A stretch of 52,257 nucleotides of DNA, taken from positions 1-52,257 of IMG/VR virus record IMGVR_UViG_3300005253_000273; one strand, given 5' to 3'. The position numbers and the translations under genes were made by a program. Below the pieces are notes generated by a model. That model was not told the origin of the DNA. It searched no databases and saw only the letters and a program-made list of their open reading frames with translations. Position 1 is the stretch's first letter. The number at the start of each line of letters is the position of its first letter. Below are positions 34,416 through 43,490 of the stretch, piece after piece. The stretch comes from a virus (Duplodnaviria > Caudoviricetes).

Positions 34416-35003
34416 TTAAGGAGTTCCAGCGGGAACAAATTCCCTACCAAACATTCTTCCAAAAGCTGATACTGTAATGCTTGTCAGTGGAAATCCTCCT
34501 TGATCATCTTTATGAAACAGCTTTACCCTAAATTTTGATGTAAGATGACCAGCAGCTATAGTTACTCTTGCCAATTTCTTCAAGCCTGCTTGAATACCGT
34601 AATTGTTTCCAGGTTGTCTCACCATGTTAAACTCAGGAATCATAGTTAAAATCCTAACAGGGAAAGATTTGGTATTCTTTATTCCCTGACTCTGAGTGAG
34701 TATTGGAATCCAATTACCGACTATGCTGTTCTCAATAACTGCTTGAACTGTGTAAGTAGCAGCTCCTGTTGATTCATCGGGGACCAAGGTCTCATATTTT
34801 ATAATAATATTAAGACTTGAGTAGTCACTTAGATTCATTATTTCATTACTTGTAGCAATCAATTCTTGATCTACAAATGAAACACCATTTGCCGGAAGAA
34901 AAGTTTGGTTTGTCCAGATCGTAAACTCGTCATCAGCAAATACTGTTTGAGCAAACAATAAGATTAAGAAACAGATTAATCCAATAAAACGTTTCATGGT
35001 CAT
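34416..35003 (-). CDS. secreted protein (Sec signal peptide)
   Basis: MKRFIGLICFLILLFAQTVFA|DD; AGGAG RBS. Confidence 0.7.
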   Translation of the reverse strand: MTMKRFIGLICFLILLFAQTVFADDEFTIWTNQTFLPANGVSFVDQELIATSNEIMNLSDYSSLNIIIKYETLVPDESTGAATYTVQAVIENSIVGNWIPILTQSQGIKNTKSFPVRILTMIPEFNMVRQPGNNYGIQAGLKKLARVTIAAGHLTSKFRVKLFHKDDQGGFPLTSITVSAFGRMFGREFVPAGTP

Positions 35004-35006
35004 CTC

Positions 35007-36305
35007 CTAAGTAGTAGCAGCCGCAGAGATAATAGAAGCGCCGTCTTCTGCCGGAGCCCAGATGCAGTAGTAGTCGATTTGACCAGCTGTACAGTTTGCA
35101 GTAACTGTACTTTCGATGATGTCGAGACCGTCATTAATAGCAAACATAGCACCAGAGCCAGCCACGTTTGCAACACCAACTGCCTGAGTAGCACTGACAT
35201 AGACATTACCATCGAGAATCTCATCCACTTCTTCTAGGGCAAGAAGAGCTGCTAGATTACCTGTAACACCAACTGAGATTTGTGCTGTAGCACTAACTAA
35301 AGTGGTATTACAAATTCCCCAAATGGCTTTAATGATAACATCTCCGGTTACAGTGAAGATTGTATATGGGTCATTGGCTCCAGTATCGTTGCCATGAGAG
35401 TCTCCAGTACCTCCATCAAAGACACTGGAACGATGAGCAGTAATTTGCCAGTTGAGAGTAGAGCCGGAAGTTGTAGCTAAGAGCTGTTGGGCCATAGCTT
35501 GACCATCTTCGTAGCTGAGAGTGTTGTCTCGAATGATTCCAGTAGAACCAACAGAGTTTACGATGCCACGAGCGTTGGCGTGACCGTTCCACATTCTGTT
35601 ATCTCGGATTTCTACGCTGTCGGAAGCGGCTCCTTCAAGGACAATACAACCGTCAGTCATATCGCCGGTGAATTGATTTCCAATGATTTGACATTCATCA
35701 GCTGTATCAAGACGGATAGCTTCAGCCATTCCAGCTGTACCGTTTTCAGCGATAAAGCGGCAGTTGATTACAGCTGCTCTATCTACAGCATCAATGTCGA
35801 TTGCAGTAATGAAGTCATCAGCAGTAGCATCGAAGTCGAACTCACAGTTGACGATAGAACAATCGGCTGCGTCTACATTGATTCCTACAGTTACTATCGT
35901 AACACTGGCAACGAAGACAATGTTTTCAAGAGTACAATTTGCCGTGTCCATTTCAACGGTGCCACTCGTAGCTGTGTAAGTAAGAATTGGGCGACTTCTG
36001 CCCCAACCCATGCCAATGATGCGGACTCCTGCTACGTTCATAACCAAAGAGGTGGCTGCCGAGATGTTCTCAGTGTGGCCTGGCATGACGAAGATAATAT
36101 CTCCGTTGTTGGCTGTGGTGCGACCTACAGCAAAGTTAATAGTTGAGAATGGAGTGTCTGGAGCTGAACCTTTGTCTGGGGTGTCGCCCCTGGCAGCATT
36201 GCCAGAATCAACAAAAAATATGTTACCTGTGGTGGTAAGGTCACTGGACCCTACCATTGGAATCCCGAACGATGTAATCCCATTGGGAAAATTGGTGAGC
36301 GTCAT
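35007..36305 (-). CDS. virion beta-helix protein
   Basis: MTLTNFPNGITSFGIP...GNIFFVDS...PFSTI..A...GDIIFVMPGH.E followed by beta-helix repeats; AGGAG RBS before ATG 36305. Confidence 0.75.
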   Translation of the reverse strand: MTLTNFPNGITSFGIPMVGSSDLTTTGNIFFVDSGNAARGDTPDKGSAPDTPFSTINFAVGRTTANNGDIIFVMPGHTENISAATSLVMNVAGVRIIGMGWGRSRPILTYTATSGTVEMDTANCTLENIVFVASVTIVTVGINVDAADCSIVNCEFDFDATADDFITAIDIDAVDRAAVINCRFIAENGTAGMAEAIRLDTADECQIIGNQFTGDMTDGCIVLEGAASDSVEIRDNRMWNGHANARGIVNSVGSTGIIRDNTLSYEDGQAMAQQLLATTSGSTLNWQITAHRSSVFDGGTGDSHGNDTGANDPYTIFTVTGDVIIKAIWGICNTTLVSATAQISVGVTGNLAALLALEEVDEILDGNVYVSATQAVGVANVAGSGAMFAINDGLDIIESTVTANCTAGQIDYYCIWAPAEDGASIISAAATT

Positions 36306-36421
36306 GATGTGCTCCTGGTGTTGGGACACCTAAAAGGTGCCTGATAGTATTTGACCTATCTTTACCCAAGGAGTAAAGAGGCTGAATTTAGGTGAAGGGT
36401 ATGTAAAGGAAGGGAAGGATG

Positions 36422-36583
36422 TTACTTTTGTTTGGTGCCTTGCGTAGAACGGTTGATACCACCGCCTTTTCGGGGATTGGTCTTGAGGCCTTTCTTGCGA
36501 GTGATGATTGGACCTCCACCAGTCTGTCCCATTGAGAATTGGTTCTTTTCTCTGAAATTTGATGCTTTCGGTGTTGCAGTCAT
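36422..36583 (-). CDS. small basic Gly/Lys-rich protein
   Basis: MTATPKASNFREK...RKKGLKTNPRKGGG...; AAGGAGG RBS. Confidence 0.6.
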   Translation of the reverse strand: MTATPKASNFREKNQFSMGQTGGGPIITRKKGLKTNPRKGGGINRSTQGTKQK

Positions 36584-36596
36584 TTTGACCTCCTTA

Positions 36597-36815
36597 TTAT
36601 TTATCTTGTTTAGTATCTATCCTTTTGTGAATCCTGTCAAGTTGGGTATCTAGCTCTATACGAGTTGAACGTTCTGCCACCATCTCTGTAAGATGTTCAT
36701 GACCTTCCTGAAGTCTTGTGATATCAGGCTTTATCTCTGTTTGAAGATATTGCATAACAGACATTTTCTCGCCCCCGTTCAGAAGTTTTCTTGCTATTCT
36801 AATAAGCCAATCCAT
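36597..36815 (-). CDS. hypothetical coiled-coil protein
   Basis: TAATG-coupled to the terminase nuclease gene. Confidence 0.6.
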   Translation of the reverse strand: MDWLIRIARKLLNGGEKMSVMQYLQTEIKPDITRLQEGHEHLTEMVAERSTRIELDTQLDRIHKRIDTKQDK

Positions 36816-37492
36816 TAACTACCTCCCCGGACAAGTTGGAGATAGTCATCCATTGTATTAATCTGAAGGTCATCTCGTGAACGAATTCTAGACTGCTGTT
36901 CGATGTATTCCATTGGAGCTCCTGAGTTTCTGAGGTAATCCAAATAGGCTTGAGTTTCGTCTGAAGCCTTGGAGATGAATATCTGCTTGGGAAGGATGCT
37001 GACTGCTGAAGCTAGAGCGTCAATGATGTCTTTGATGGTGGACATGGGGAAGTCCAGGACTTCTTCCAAGAGGGCATACTGGGATTTCTTGACAAAGAGA
37101 CGGCCTTGGGAGACCACTGGCTGAAGGTGAGTTCTGATCCTGAAATCCTTGTTCATGGAGGTAGGATGGATTATGGATTGGGAAGGGAGGTTGATTCCTT
37201 TTTCGTAAGCGTCTAGGGAGACCGAATCAGCAAAGAGTCCTTGTTGGGCGTTGCCTTCGATTCCGAAGACTTCGGGTTTGTATCTAACGTTGAACTCGTA
37301 GATTTTCTGGTAGATTTTCTGGGTGGCACAGCGTTCAGCCCACACATCTCGGACGAATATTCGGTTGGCTGCGTCCGAGGAGACAGCTACAATGGCAGAT
37401 CGGGCTTTGGTTTTCTGCTTGTTCTCCTTGCCGCCTGCCGGATCTAGGAAGCAGACTGTGGAGATGAGGTAGTCTCTTGAGAGTTTCTGCAT
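36815..37492 (-). CDS. terL: terminase large subunit, RNase H-like nuclease domain (separate gene)
   Basis: FLDPAGG, SAIVAV, IEGNAQQ, K..RI, FP...DIIDALA; start at ATG 37492 or TTG 37510. Confidence 0.85.
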   Translation of the reverse strand: MQKLSRDYLISTVCFLDPAGGKENKQKTKARSAIVAVSSDAANRIFVRDVWAERCATQKIYQKIYEFNVRYKPEVFGIEGNAQQGLFADSVSLDAYEKGINLPSQSIIHPTSMNKDFRIRTHLQPVVSQGRLFVKKSQYALLEEVLDFPMSTIKDIIDALASAVSILPKQIFISKASDETQAYLDYLRNSGAPMEYIEQQSRIRSRDDLQINTMDDYLQLVRGGS

Positions 37493-37704
37493 GAGTCGAT
37501 TTCGGGCCAAGACATTCTTGGGACTGGTTGCTTATCCGGAACTTCCTTAAAGCTTGGATGTGAGAGGATAATATGGACTGCATTGTGTTCGTGAATAAAA
37601 GCACCAGAGTGGATATTTACAATCTTCACATTCTCCGGTAGATCAAGAATCTCCTCTAAATATTTAAATGTCAATCTCCCGTATACAACATTATTCGAGT
37701 CCAT
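37444..37704 (-). CDS. hypothetical protein inside the split terL locus
   Basis: 86 aa; its 3' end overlaps the nuclease gene. Confidence 0.55.
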   Translation of the reverse strand: MDSNNVVYGRLTFKYLEEILDLPENVKIVNIHSGAFIHEHNAVHIILSHPSFKEVPDKQPVPRMSWPEIDSCRNSQETTSSPQSAS

Positions 37705-38266
37705 GAATTTTCTCCCCGGTTAATATTTCATAAAGCTTTCTGGTTGCCTTGATATCCTCTAATGCGTCATGGGCATCAAGGTCTATTCCGAAGTGATGAC
37801 AGACAGTTTCCAGCTTTTGATTTGGAAGGCTGGTATCTGTTTCTATTAGATACTTGGCAAGGAATGATTGAACGTCCAACTTGGCCCACATGATGTAGGA
37901 ACCGTAGTAGTCGTTCTTGTTTCTTTTGAATGAAGCCCGGAGGAATTTGTCGTCAAAGCCTACATTGTATCCAGCAAGCACGAATTTGTCTCTGGAATCA
38001 AATCGGTCTATATGACGTTGGAGGGCTGTCTCGAACTTGTAGAGTCCTTCTTCTTGGGATTGAAAACTTTCAAAGTCTTTTTCGGTGAACTTATTCTTCA
38101 TGAGAGCTTCTGGAGAGATAATTGAATTGGGACCGGGCTTCATGAGGATTTCTGAGGATTCCACCATTTGGCCGTCTACTTCAATCAAATAACCGATTTG
38201 GATGATGTCATTTCTAAACGCATCAACTCCAGTGCATTCTGTATCGAGCCATAGCAGTTTTCCCAT
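37691..38266 (-). CDS. DEDDh 3'-5' exonuclease (DnaQ/RNase T-like)
   Basis: WLDTECTG, LAGYNVGFD, HDALEDI. Confidence 0.9.
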   Translation of the reverse strand: MGKLLWLDTECTGVDAFRNDIIQIGYLIEVDGQMVESSEILMKPGPNSIISPEALMKNKFTEKDFESFQSQEEGLYKFETALQRHIDRFDSRDKFVLAGYNVGFDDKFLRASFKRNKNDYYGSYIMWAKLDVQSFLAKYLIETDTSLPNQKLETVCHHFGIDLDAHDALEDIKATRKLYEILTGEKIHGLE

Positions 38267-38267
38267 A

Positions 38268-39464
38268 TCAACAAAACTTCCCAGTCATCCATGCACCTCT
38301 TTTGTCTATAAGATCAGCCCATGAATTGTATTCTGTGTACTCAGGTTTCTTTGGAGTCTCCTCTTTCTCGGACTCACCAAGCATCAAGGCTACCATACTT
38401 TGATCCCTCTCGTCATCCTCAAAAATGAAATCATTGCCGACTTCTTCGTAAAAGCGGAGGTCGGATTCCCGGAAGTCTGTGAGTCCTGCGTCGCGGGGAT
38501 TGTTGAGATAGAGCAGGGAGAAGAGGGGACCAAGGGACTCCTTGAGATTATGGATTGCTTGTTTAGAGAACTCTTCCGGGAAGATTATCTTCCCGTTTTC
38601 AATTAATGATCTTTTATAGACTGAGACTGTAGGATCATTATCAATCATCTCCGCATAGAGATCATTAGTAGCCCAATGAGTACCCACCGTAACTTCCTGC
38701 GAAATATCCAAGTCTTCCATCAATGGACGAGAGACTCGTTGCCACTCTTTAGCAGTTTCCATTACAGACTCTGAACCACGAGCTTCAAGGGAAATCAAGT
38801 CATCGTTATGGAGATCAGTGAAGTGACCGCCGGTGATAGCACCGCCTACTCCGATTCCCTGCATCGTGGGGTCAGACTGCTCAAATGATAAGTCTCTGGG
38901 GAGGAAGAACATGGAGCTGTTCCATTTCCTTGCCTGTCTACGTGGAGCATCCCAGCATTTGTCGGGCCAGAGGGCTCTGAGAAGCGCGTTCCGCTCGAAG
39001 TGCTGCTGAATCCATTGAATGTGTTTGCTTGCGTGATGCTCAGTTTCACATGAAAGAAGCAACTTAGTTTCCAGTCCATCATGTCCAGGCCAATAGACAT
39101 TGTTCTCCTTGGGTTGAATAAACTTATGAACAGGAAGACCCTTGGAGACTATCGTAGACTTGAAACAATCACGCGGGAGCATGATAAGTTTTCTGTACGG
39201 AGGAATCTTTTGAATGAATTCACAGACTTCCCGGTGGAGATGGTTTGTAAGTCGGGTGAGACCAAGGATGGCTTTACAGAAGAAGTGGAGATCTTGTTCA
39301 GCTTTCTTTTTGACGAGCTTTAGAAGGCGACCATTCGGATCTGTGGTTCCTGCCTGTCGGGGTTCTCCATTTTTCTGGATGACGATTTCACGATTCAAGA
39401 GTCGTTTGGGGGGTGGAGGAGTGTACTCTGGCGATTCCTTAGCGAGTGTGTCTAGAATATCCAT
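38268..39464 (-). CDS. terL: terminase large subunit, ATPase domain (separate gene)
   Basis: LPRDCFKST (Walker A), GVGGAITGGH, LHNDDL (Walker B), GTHW...DLY, LLYLNNP. Confidence 0.88.
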   Translation of the reverse strand: MDILDTLAKESPEYTPPPPKRLLNREIVIQKNGEPRQAGTTDPNGRLLKLVKKKAEQDLHFFCKAILGLTRLTNHLHREVCEFIQKIPPYRKLIMLPRDCFKSTIVSKGLPVHKFIQPKENNVYWPGHDGLETKLLLSCETEHHASKHIQWIQQHFERNALLRALWPDKCWDAPRRQARKWNSSMFFLPRDLSFEQSDPTMQGIGVGGAITGGHFTDLHNDDLISLEARGSESVMETAKEWQRVSRPLMEDLDISQEVTVGTHWATNDLYAEMIDNDPTVSVYKRSLIENGKIIFPEEFSKQAIHNLKESLGPLFSLLYLNNPRDAGLTDFRESDLRFYEEVGNDFIFEDDERDQSMVALMLGESEKEETPKKPEYTEYNSWADLIDKRGAWMTGKFC

Positions 39465-39700
39465 CAGCGTTCAACTCTCTTCAATTCATGTTCACCACAC
39501 CAATAATCTTGAGCTACTTTTGGAAACTCTTTATGATTAGGTGATTTCCTTTGACAGGTACTTTGACGTATTTCTGTCGATCCCTCATTTTCTGGTTTCT
39601 TCCAATGCTTACTGGGAAAGTAACTATCAAAACCCGTCCAATAAGAAACTTCAATACCCAGAAACTTACAATTTTTGCAGTTATCTACTTGAGGATTCAT
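39464..39700 (-). CDS. Cys-rich hypothetical protein
   Basis: CKNCKF...CQR..P...FP.V..DYWCGEH. Confidence 0.7.
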   Translation of the reverse strand: MNPQVDNCKNCKFLGIEVSYWTGFDSYFPSKHWKKPENEGSTEIRQSTCQRKSPNHKEFPKVAQDYWCGEHELKRVER

Positions 39701-39924
39701 CAGCGTTCACTTCTTCCTATGGAGATACCATCCAGTATAAAATTTAATTCTCGCCATGACTTGAGCGCGGGAATGCTTTTTCTTTTAACGAAGCCAGCTC
39801 TAATAGTTTCTCCATATGAATGCTTGCTCAAAGCTCTTTCCAGTCCTAATTTACAGAGTTTCTTGGATGAGACTGTCTTTCGGAGTCCACCTTTCGGATT
39901 GAAAACTCTTACTTGATAGATCAT
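39700..39924 (-). CDS. hypothetical basic protein
   Basis: TGATG-coupled. Confidence 0.55.
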   Translation of the reverse strand: MIYQVRVFNPKGGLRKTVSSKKLCKLGLERALSKHSYGETIRAGFVKRKSIPALKSWRELNFILDGISIGRSER

Positions 39925-39927
39925 TGT

Positions 39928-40098
39928 CTACCCCCGTTTTTTCCTCTTCGTGCTTCGTTCCTTCACCTGCCGGATCAGTTCCGTTGGAGACGGCGGTTGG
40001 GCTTCCGCCCGGCCCCCAAACTCGTCCTTCTGGTTCTCCAATTGCTTGATCCGCTGGTTGACTGTTGGATTCCTTCTTTCTTTAGTGGTATGCGGCAT
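39928..40098 (-). CDS. small charged protein
   Basis: Hand translation MPHTTKERRNP...KRKKRG; AGGAG RBS. Confidence 0.45.
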   Translation of the reverse strand: MPHTTKERRNPTVNQRIKQLENQKDEFGGRAEAQPPSPTELIRQVKERSTKRKKRG

Positions 40099-40101
40099 TA
40101 T

Positions 40102-40680
40102 TTATTTCTCCTTTTCTTGATTAATTTCCCCTTCCAACAAATCTATCACTTCTTCATCGGATTTTCCAGTGAGTTGCTGAGGATCTATCTTCATGTTATC
40201 TGCAAGTGCTAGAGCCAAGTTCTGAATAGAGTCCCCAAATTCAATTATCGTGGTTTCTTCGTGCTTGGTCTTGGTGACTTTAGGCATTGATCGGTCCAGC
40301 AGACTTGTGCCAGCTGTTACCTGAACATTCTCCGATTCTGCGTTCTCCGATAAGTATTCTAATCTACGAAGAAGTTTTGGAGTGATTCGGTCTAGATATT
40401 TTACGGCATCAAAGACTGATTCCTCCTCAACCTGTTTTCTTAGATCACCGACATAGACTTTATAGATTGGAGAACTTTTGACCCGGTAGATGGTCATTTC
40501 GTGGCAGTCAAGTTCTCTTGCGATTTGGCGATTCTTGTAACCCATGATTTCCATTTGAGCGATTGCTCTATGGCGGTCATTGAGTTCTTCGATGGGAGCG
40601 TAGGACAGGGGAGGGGTGGATGCAAGCTCTGGGAAGGCTTGGATGGCGGGGAGTTCGTGATTTGGAGTTGGTTCAGTCAT
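40102..40680 (-). CDS. terS: terminase small subunit (HTH)
   Basis: HTH GYKNRQIARELDCHEMTIYRV, helical oligomerisation region (SENVQVTAGTSLLDR); upstream of TerL. Confidence 0.65.
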   Translation of the reverse strand: MTEPTPNHELPAIQAFPELASTPPLSYAPIEELNDRHRAIAQMEIMGYKNRQIARELDCHEMTIYRVKSSPIYKVYVGDLRKQVEEESVFDAVKYLDRITPKLLRRLEYLSENAESENVQVTAGTSLLDRSMPKVTKTKHEETTIIEFGDSIQNLALALADNMKIDPQQLTGKSDEEVIDLLEGEINQEKEK

Positions 40681-40943
40681 GAGTTAACTGTTACCCACTC
40701 AGTAGTTCCTTCTGGAAAAGTGGCTGTTACAGTCCAGACTTGAGGAACCACTGAATCCTTGCCGTGATCGACACGAACATAGCCTGAAGTTGCATAACCA
40801 ATCTTCTCAGCACCTTTCTTCACATTCTCAAGACAGAAAGGATTCTTTTCCTTGGCAATCAATATTCCCGGAACAGTAATCACCGCTCCCAAACAAGCAA
40901 TTGATCCAAGTGCAAGTCTCAGAAATTCTCTTCGGGTTTTCAT
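40677..40943 (-). CDS. protein with twin-arginine (Tat)-like signal
   Basis: MKTRREFLR followed by a hydrophobic stretch. Confidence 0.6.
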   Translation of the reverse strand: MKTRREFLRLALGSIACLGAVITVPGILIAKEKNPFCLENVKKGAEKIGYATSGYVRVDHGKDSVVPQVWTVTATFPEGTTEWVTVNS

Positions 40944-41268
40944 TCGTAAATCTCCTTGTGAAGGTCATAGAAGGCTTTTTCAAGATTAGTGATTGCCATC
41001 TCAAGTATCTTCCTTTTGAATCCAGTAGTGTTTCCTACCAGAGTATTCAGGTGGCAATGAAGAAGTTCGTGAATAATAATTCTGTCTAATCCTCCATCTT
41101 CAATATGTTCTTTTGGGTTCTGGAGATGTACAGGATTTTCAATTTTAAAATGGCTTGTGAAATACTCTCCCTGATTAAATGAACCAGTTCACAGGTAATC
41201 TCCCAATGATCGAGCTTTAGAATCTTCTGCCAGTATTTGACTTTGCGTTCAAGTTGCTTCTGGTTCAT
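40940..41268 (-). pseudogene. frameshifted HExxH metallopeptidase-like gene
   Basis: N-half (YWQKILKLDHWEI) in one frame; C-half (...LDRIIIHELLHCHL...IYE*) in the -1 frame, ending with ATGA overlap on the next gene. Confidence 0.6.
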
Positions 41269-41512
41269 CTGAGGACTCCTCTGCCATATCATTAACGGTA
41301 ACTACTTCAGATTGTTCTATTCGGCTTGCATTAGGGTCAATTAATCCTGAGAAACTGGGGTCTTCCTCATTAAGTTTCTGGGATATATAAGGAATCTCAC
41401 GTTGATACAATTCACTACGGCACCATGGACAGTAGTCAATGTGGATCATTCCAATTGCTTCTTGGAAAAGTTCTCCAGCTGCTTTCCAATCATGACAGGT
41501 ACAGGAGTTCAT
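41249..41512 (-). CDS. Zn-ribbon hypothetical protein
   Basis: CTC..W...YCPWC; paralogue of 42385..42666. Confidence 0.65.
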   Translation of the reverse strand: MNSCTCHDWKAAGELFQEAIGMIHIDYCPWCRSELYQREIPYISQKLNEEDPSFSGLIDPNASRIEQSEVVTVNDMAEESSDEPEAT

Positions 41513-41754
41513 TTTAATCTGCCCTCTGCAACTGTAGATACTATAGAATCTAACTTATCTTGTATCTCACTAACTTCTATTAATTCGTGTTCAAGATGCC
41601 TGATTTTAGTAACTAACCATTCCATATCTGCTTCGATTTCTTTAGCCACTTCTTCTTCACAAGTTAGATATATACAAGGTATTCTACGTTCAATTTTATC
41701 CAACTTATCAGCATCAGACATCCTATACACTCTCCTTCTTACTGGTCTTATCAA
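41509..41754 (-). CDS. hypothetical protein
   Basis: DMEWLVTKIR motif akin to 3182..3778; start uncertain. Confidence 0.6.
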   Translation of the reverse strand: MIRPVRRRVYRMSDADKLDKIERRIPCIYLTCEEEVAKEIEADMEWLVTKIRHLEHELIEVSEIQDKLDSIVSTVAEGRLK

Positions 41755-41956
41755 CAGGAATCCTTAATGGCACACAGGATAGTATAGCTCCTTTAGGAAT
41801 GTTCTCCATTCCAATTCTGGGGATTTCATCCCTTTCTCTGTAATTGTTCATTATGGAGATGCACCTCTGTTCCCCGTGGATAGTCTCGATGTGGATGATA
41901 TCACGGATATCTCCAGGGCGGTTGAAGAGGAGGATGATGAGGAGGAAGTAGGTCAT
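41723..41956 (-). CDS. hypothetical protein with hydrophobic N-terminus
   Basis: ATGA-coupled. Confidence 0.55.
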   Translation of the reverse strand: MTYFLLIILLFNRPGDIRDIIHIETIHGEQRCISIMNNYRERDEIPRIGMENIPKGAILSCVPLRIPVDKTSKKESV

Positions 41957-42134
41957 TTAATCAACTCCACTTGAGGATAGGTATACAGTATTTCGCAACC
42001 ATCTTCATCTAGTTCTCCGGTAATTAAGTAGCCGCGTATCTCAGCTTTAATAACACCACCGTCATAGCCAAAGTATAATCCATAGCCAGCTTTTTTATCT
42101 CCACTACCCGACCAATAAAGTGTTTTATCTTCCT

Positions 42135-42383
42135 TCATACCGTTACCCAACCCTTACCGTCGCAACCGTGACAACGTTTTATTGCTGGTCCAAGAGTTGT
42201 TGAAAGAGAGCCAGTACGATACTCACCATCTCCATTACACACTGGGCATTTGTGGGGCTTGGGTGAACCGTTCGGCCACTCAAAATTAGTTCCTGAAACA
42301 GTCGTAGAAACAGGGTCAGGGCATTCGCACTCAGAAAATTTATGGCCACAAAAACAGCAGTACGAACCAACCCGCATATTCAT
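42135..42383 (-). CDS. DnaJ-type Zn finger protein
   Basis: CPVCNGDG...CHGCDGKG. Confidence 0.75.
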   Translation of the reverse strand: MNMRVGSYCCFCGHKFSECECPDPVSTTVSGTNFEWPNGSPKPHKCPVCNGDGEYRTGSLSTTLGPAIKRCHGCDGKGWVTV

Positions 42384-42384
42384 A

Positions 42385-42666
42385 TCAATTCCTCCCCTCT
42401 TTCACATAATCTTCCATTACACATTCAGGTGAGCAGAAGTTCTTTTCATCTTCCCAGTAAAGAGTATTCCCGGTCTTTTCATTTGATGGAGAGCCACAAT
42501 GCCGGCAGGGAGAGACCAGTCTGACTCCGCACCAGGGACAGAAGAGGAAAATATAATCCTGGTCAAATTGATATTGACCACCTGACCTAAGTGATTGCAG
42601 ATGAATAGGACCACTAACAGCTTTAATCCCCTTTTCCCATTGATCGCATGTGCAGTAGCGGGTCAT
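42385..42666 (-). CDS. Zn-binding hypothetical protein
   Basis: CTC, FCPWCG, CRHC, FCSPEC. Confidence 0.7.
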   Translation of the reverse strand: MTRYCTCDQWEKGIKAVSGPIHLQSLRSGGQYQFDQDYIFLFCPWCGVRLVSPCRHCGSPSNEKTGNTLYWEDEKNFCSPECVMEDYVKEGRN

Positions 42667-42918
42667 TTAAACACTAGTAAAAGGAAACCAACAATGCTGG
42701 CGACTAAAAAGACAAAGCCGAGAATTGCTTTATTCTCCAGATCCTCCGCACCGTGGTGGGAACCCCAGCCGCTCATTTCTGCTCCTTGACCAGTTTGCTT
42801 AAACTAACCCAATTAATCGTCGGCGGAGTCATTGATTTTATAATAAGTGGAGTCATCAGTTTTGTGATCTTGTGTGTAGTGTTTATGAGTTTGAGCCAAA
42901 CCTTTTCTTCTCTTTCTG

Positions 42919-43128
42919 TCATTTCTCCTCCTCCACAAGTTTCTTCAGTTCGAGGTTCCAGTCAGTTAGGCCGAGTAGACACATAGCTTCTTGAAGAGCA
43001 TCTAAAGTTAGTGCTCCAGGTTTTGTTAGTCGATTACTTGTTCCACTGAAATGCAGACACTTAAAAACAGGAAGCCCACAACTGGTGCAGATGATTGTCT
43101 TGGAACCTTTACGTAGGTCCATAATCAC
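42919..43128 (-). CDS. hypothetical protein (first gene after the late-arm promoter)
   Basis: CTSC; GAGG RBS. Confidence 0.55.
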   Translation of the reverse strand: MIMDLRKGSKTIICTSCGLPVFKCLHFSGTSNRLTKPGALTLDALQEAMCLLGLTDWNLELKKLVEEEK

Positions 43129-43148
43129 ATCCTCACTTTCTCCCCTGA

Positions 43149-43177
43149 AAGATAGTCCCCCACCCTCCTGGTGTCAA
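43149..43177 (-). promoter_or_regulatory. sigma70-type promoter for the leftward arm
   Basis: TTGACA-N17-TATCTT on the minus strand. Confidence 0.6.
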
Positions 43178-43490
43178 GTCTAAAGTGGACAAGATTGACA
43201 GTGTGTGTAATTTTATTCCGAATCTGAAAAAATAGTGCGCGCGAGAAAATTTGGGTGGAGAGTGCGAAAGGAATTGTAATTCTATCCCGAATCTCGGAAT
43301 TTGGTGGCTGTTTGGAAATTCACCTTCATCCGCATCTCCAAGCCTCCGGTTGGGGGTCCGGGGGGGTCTATTATTTACATTGACACTCCACCAGCACTGT
43401 GATCCATTGGACTACACTGACAGTGATACTGAAGCATGGAGTATCCAGGCTCAAGGCTTGACTGAGAGCCTTGAGAAGGGGCTGAAAAGC

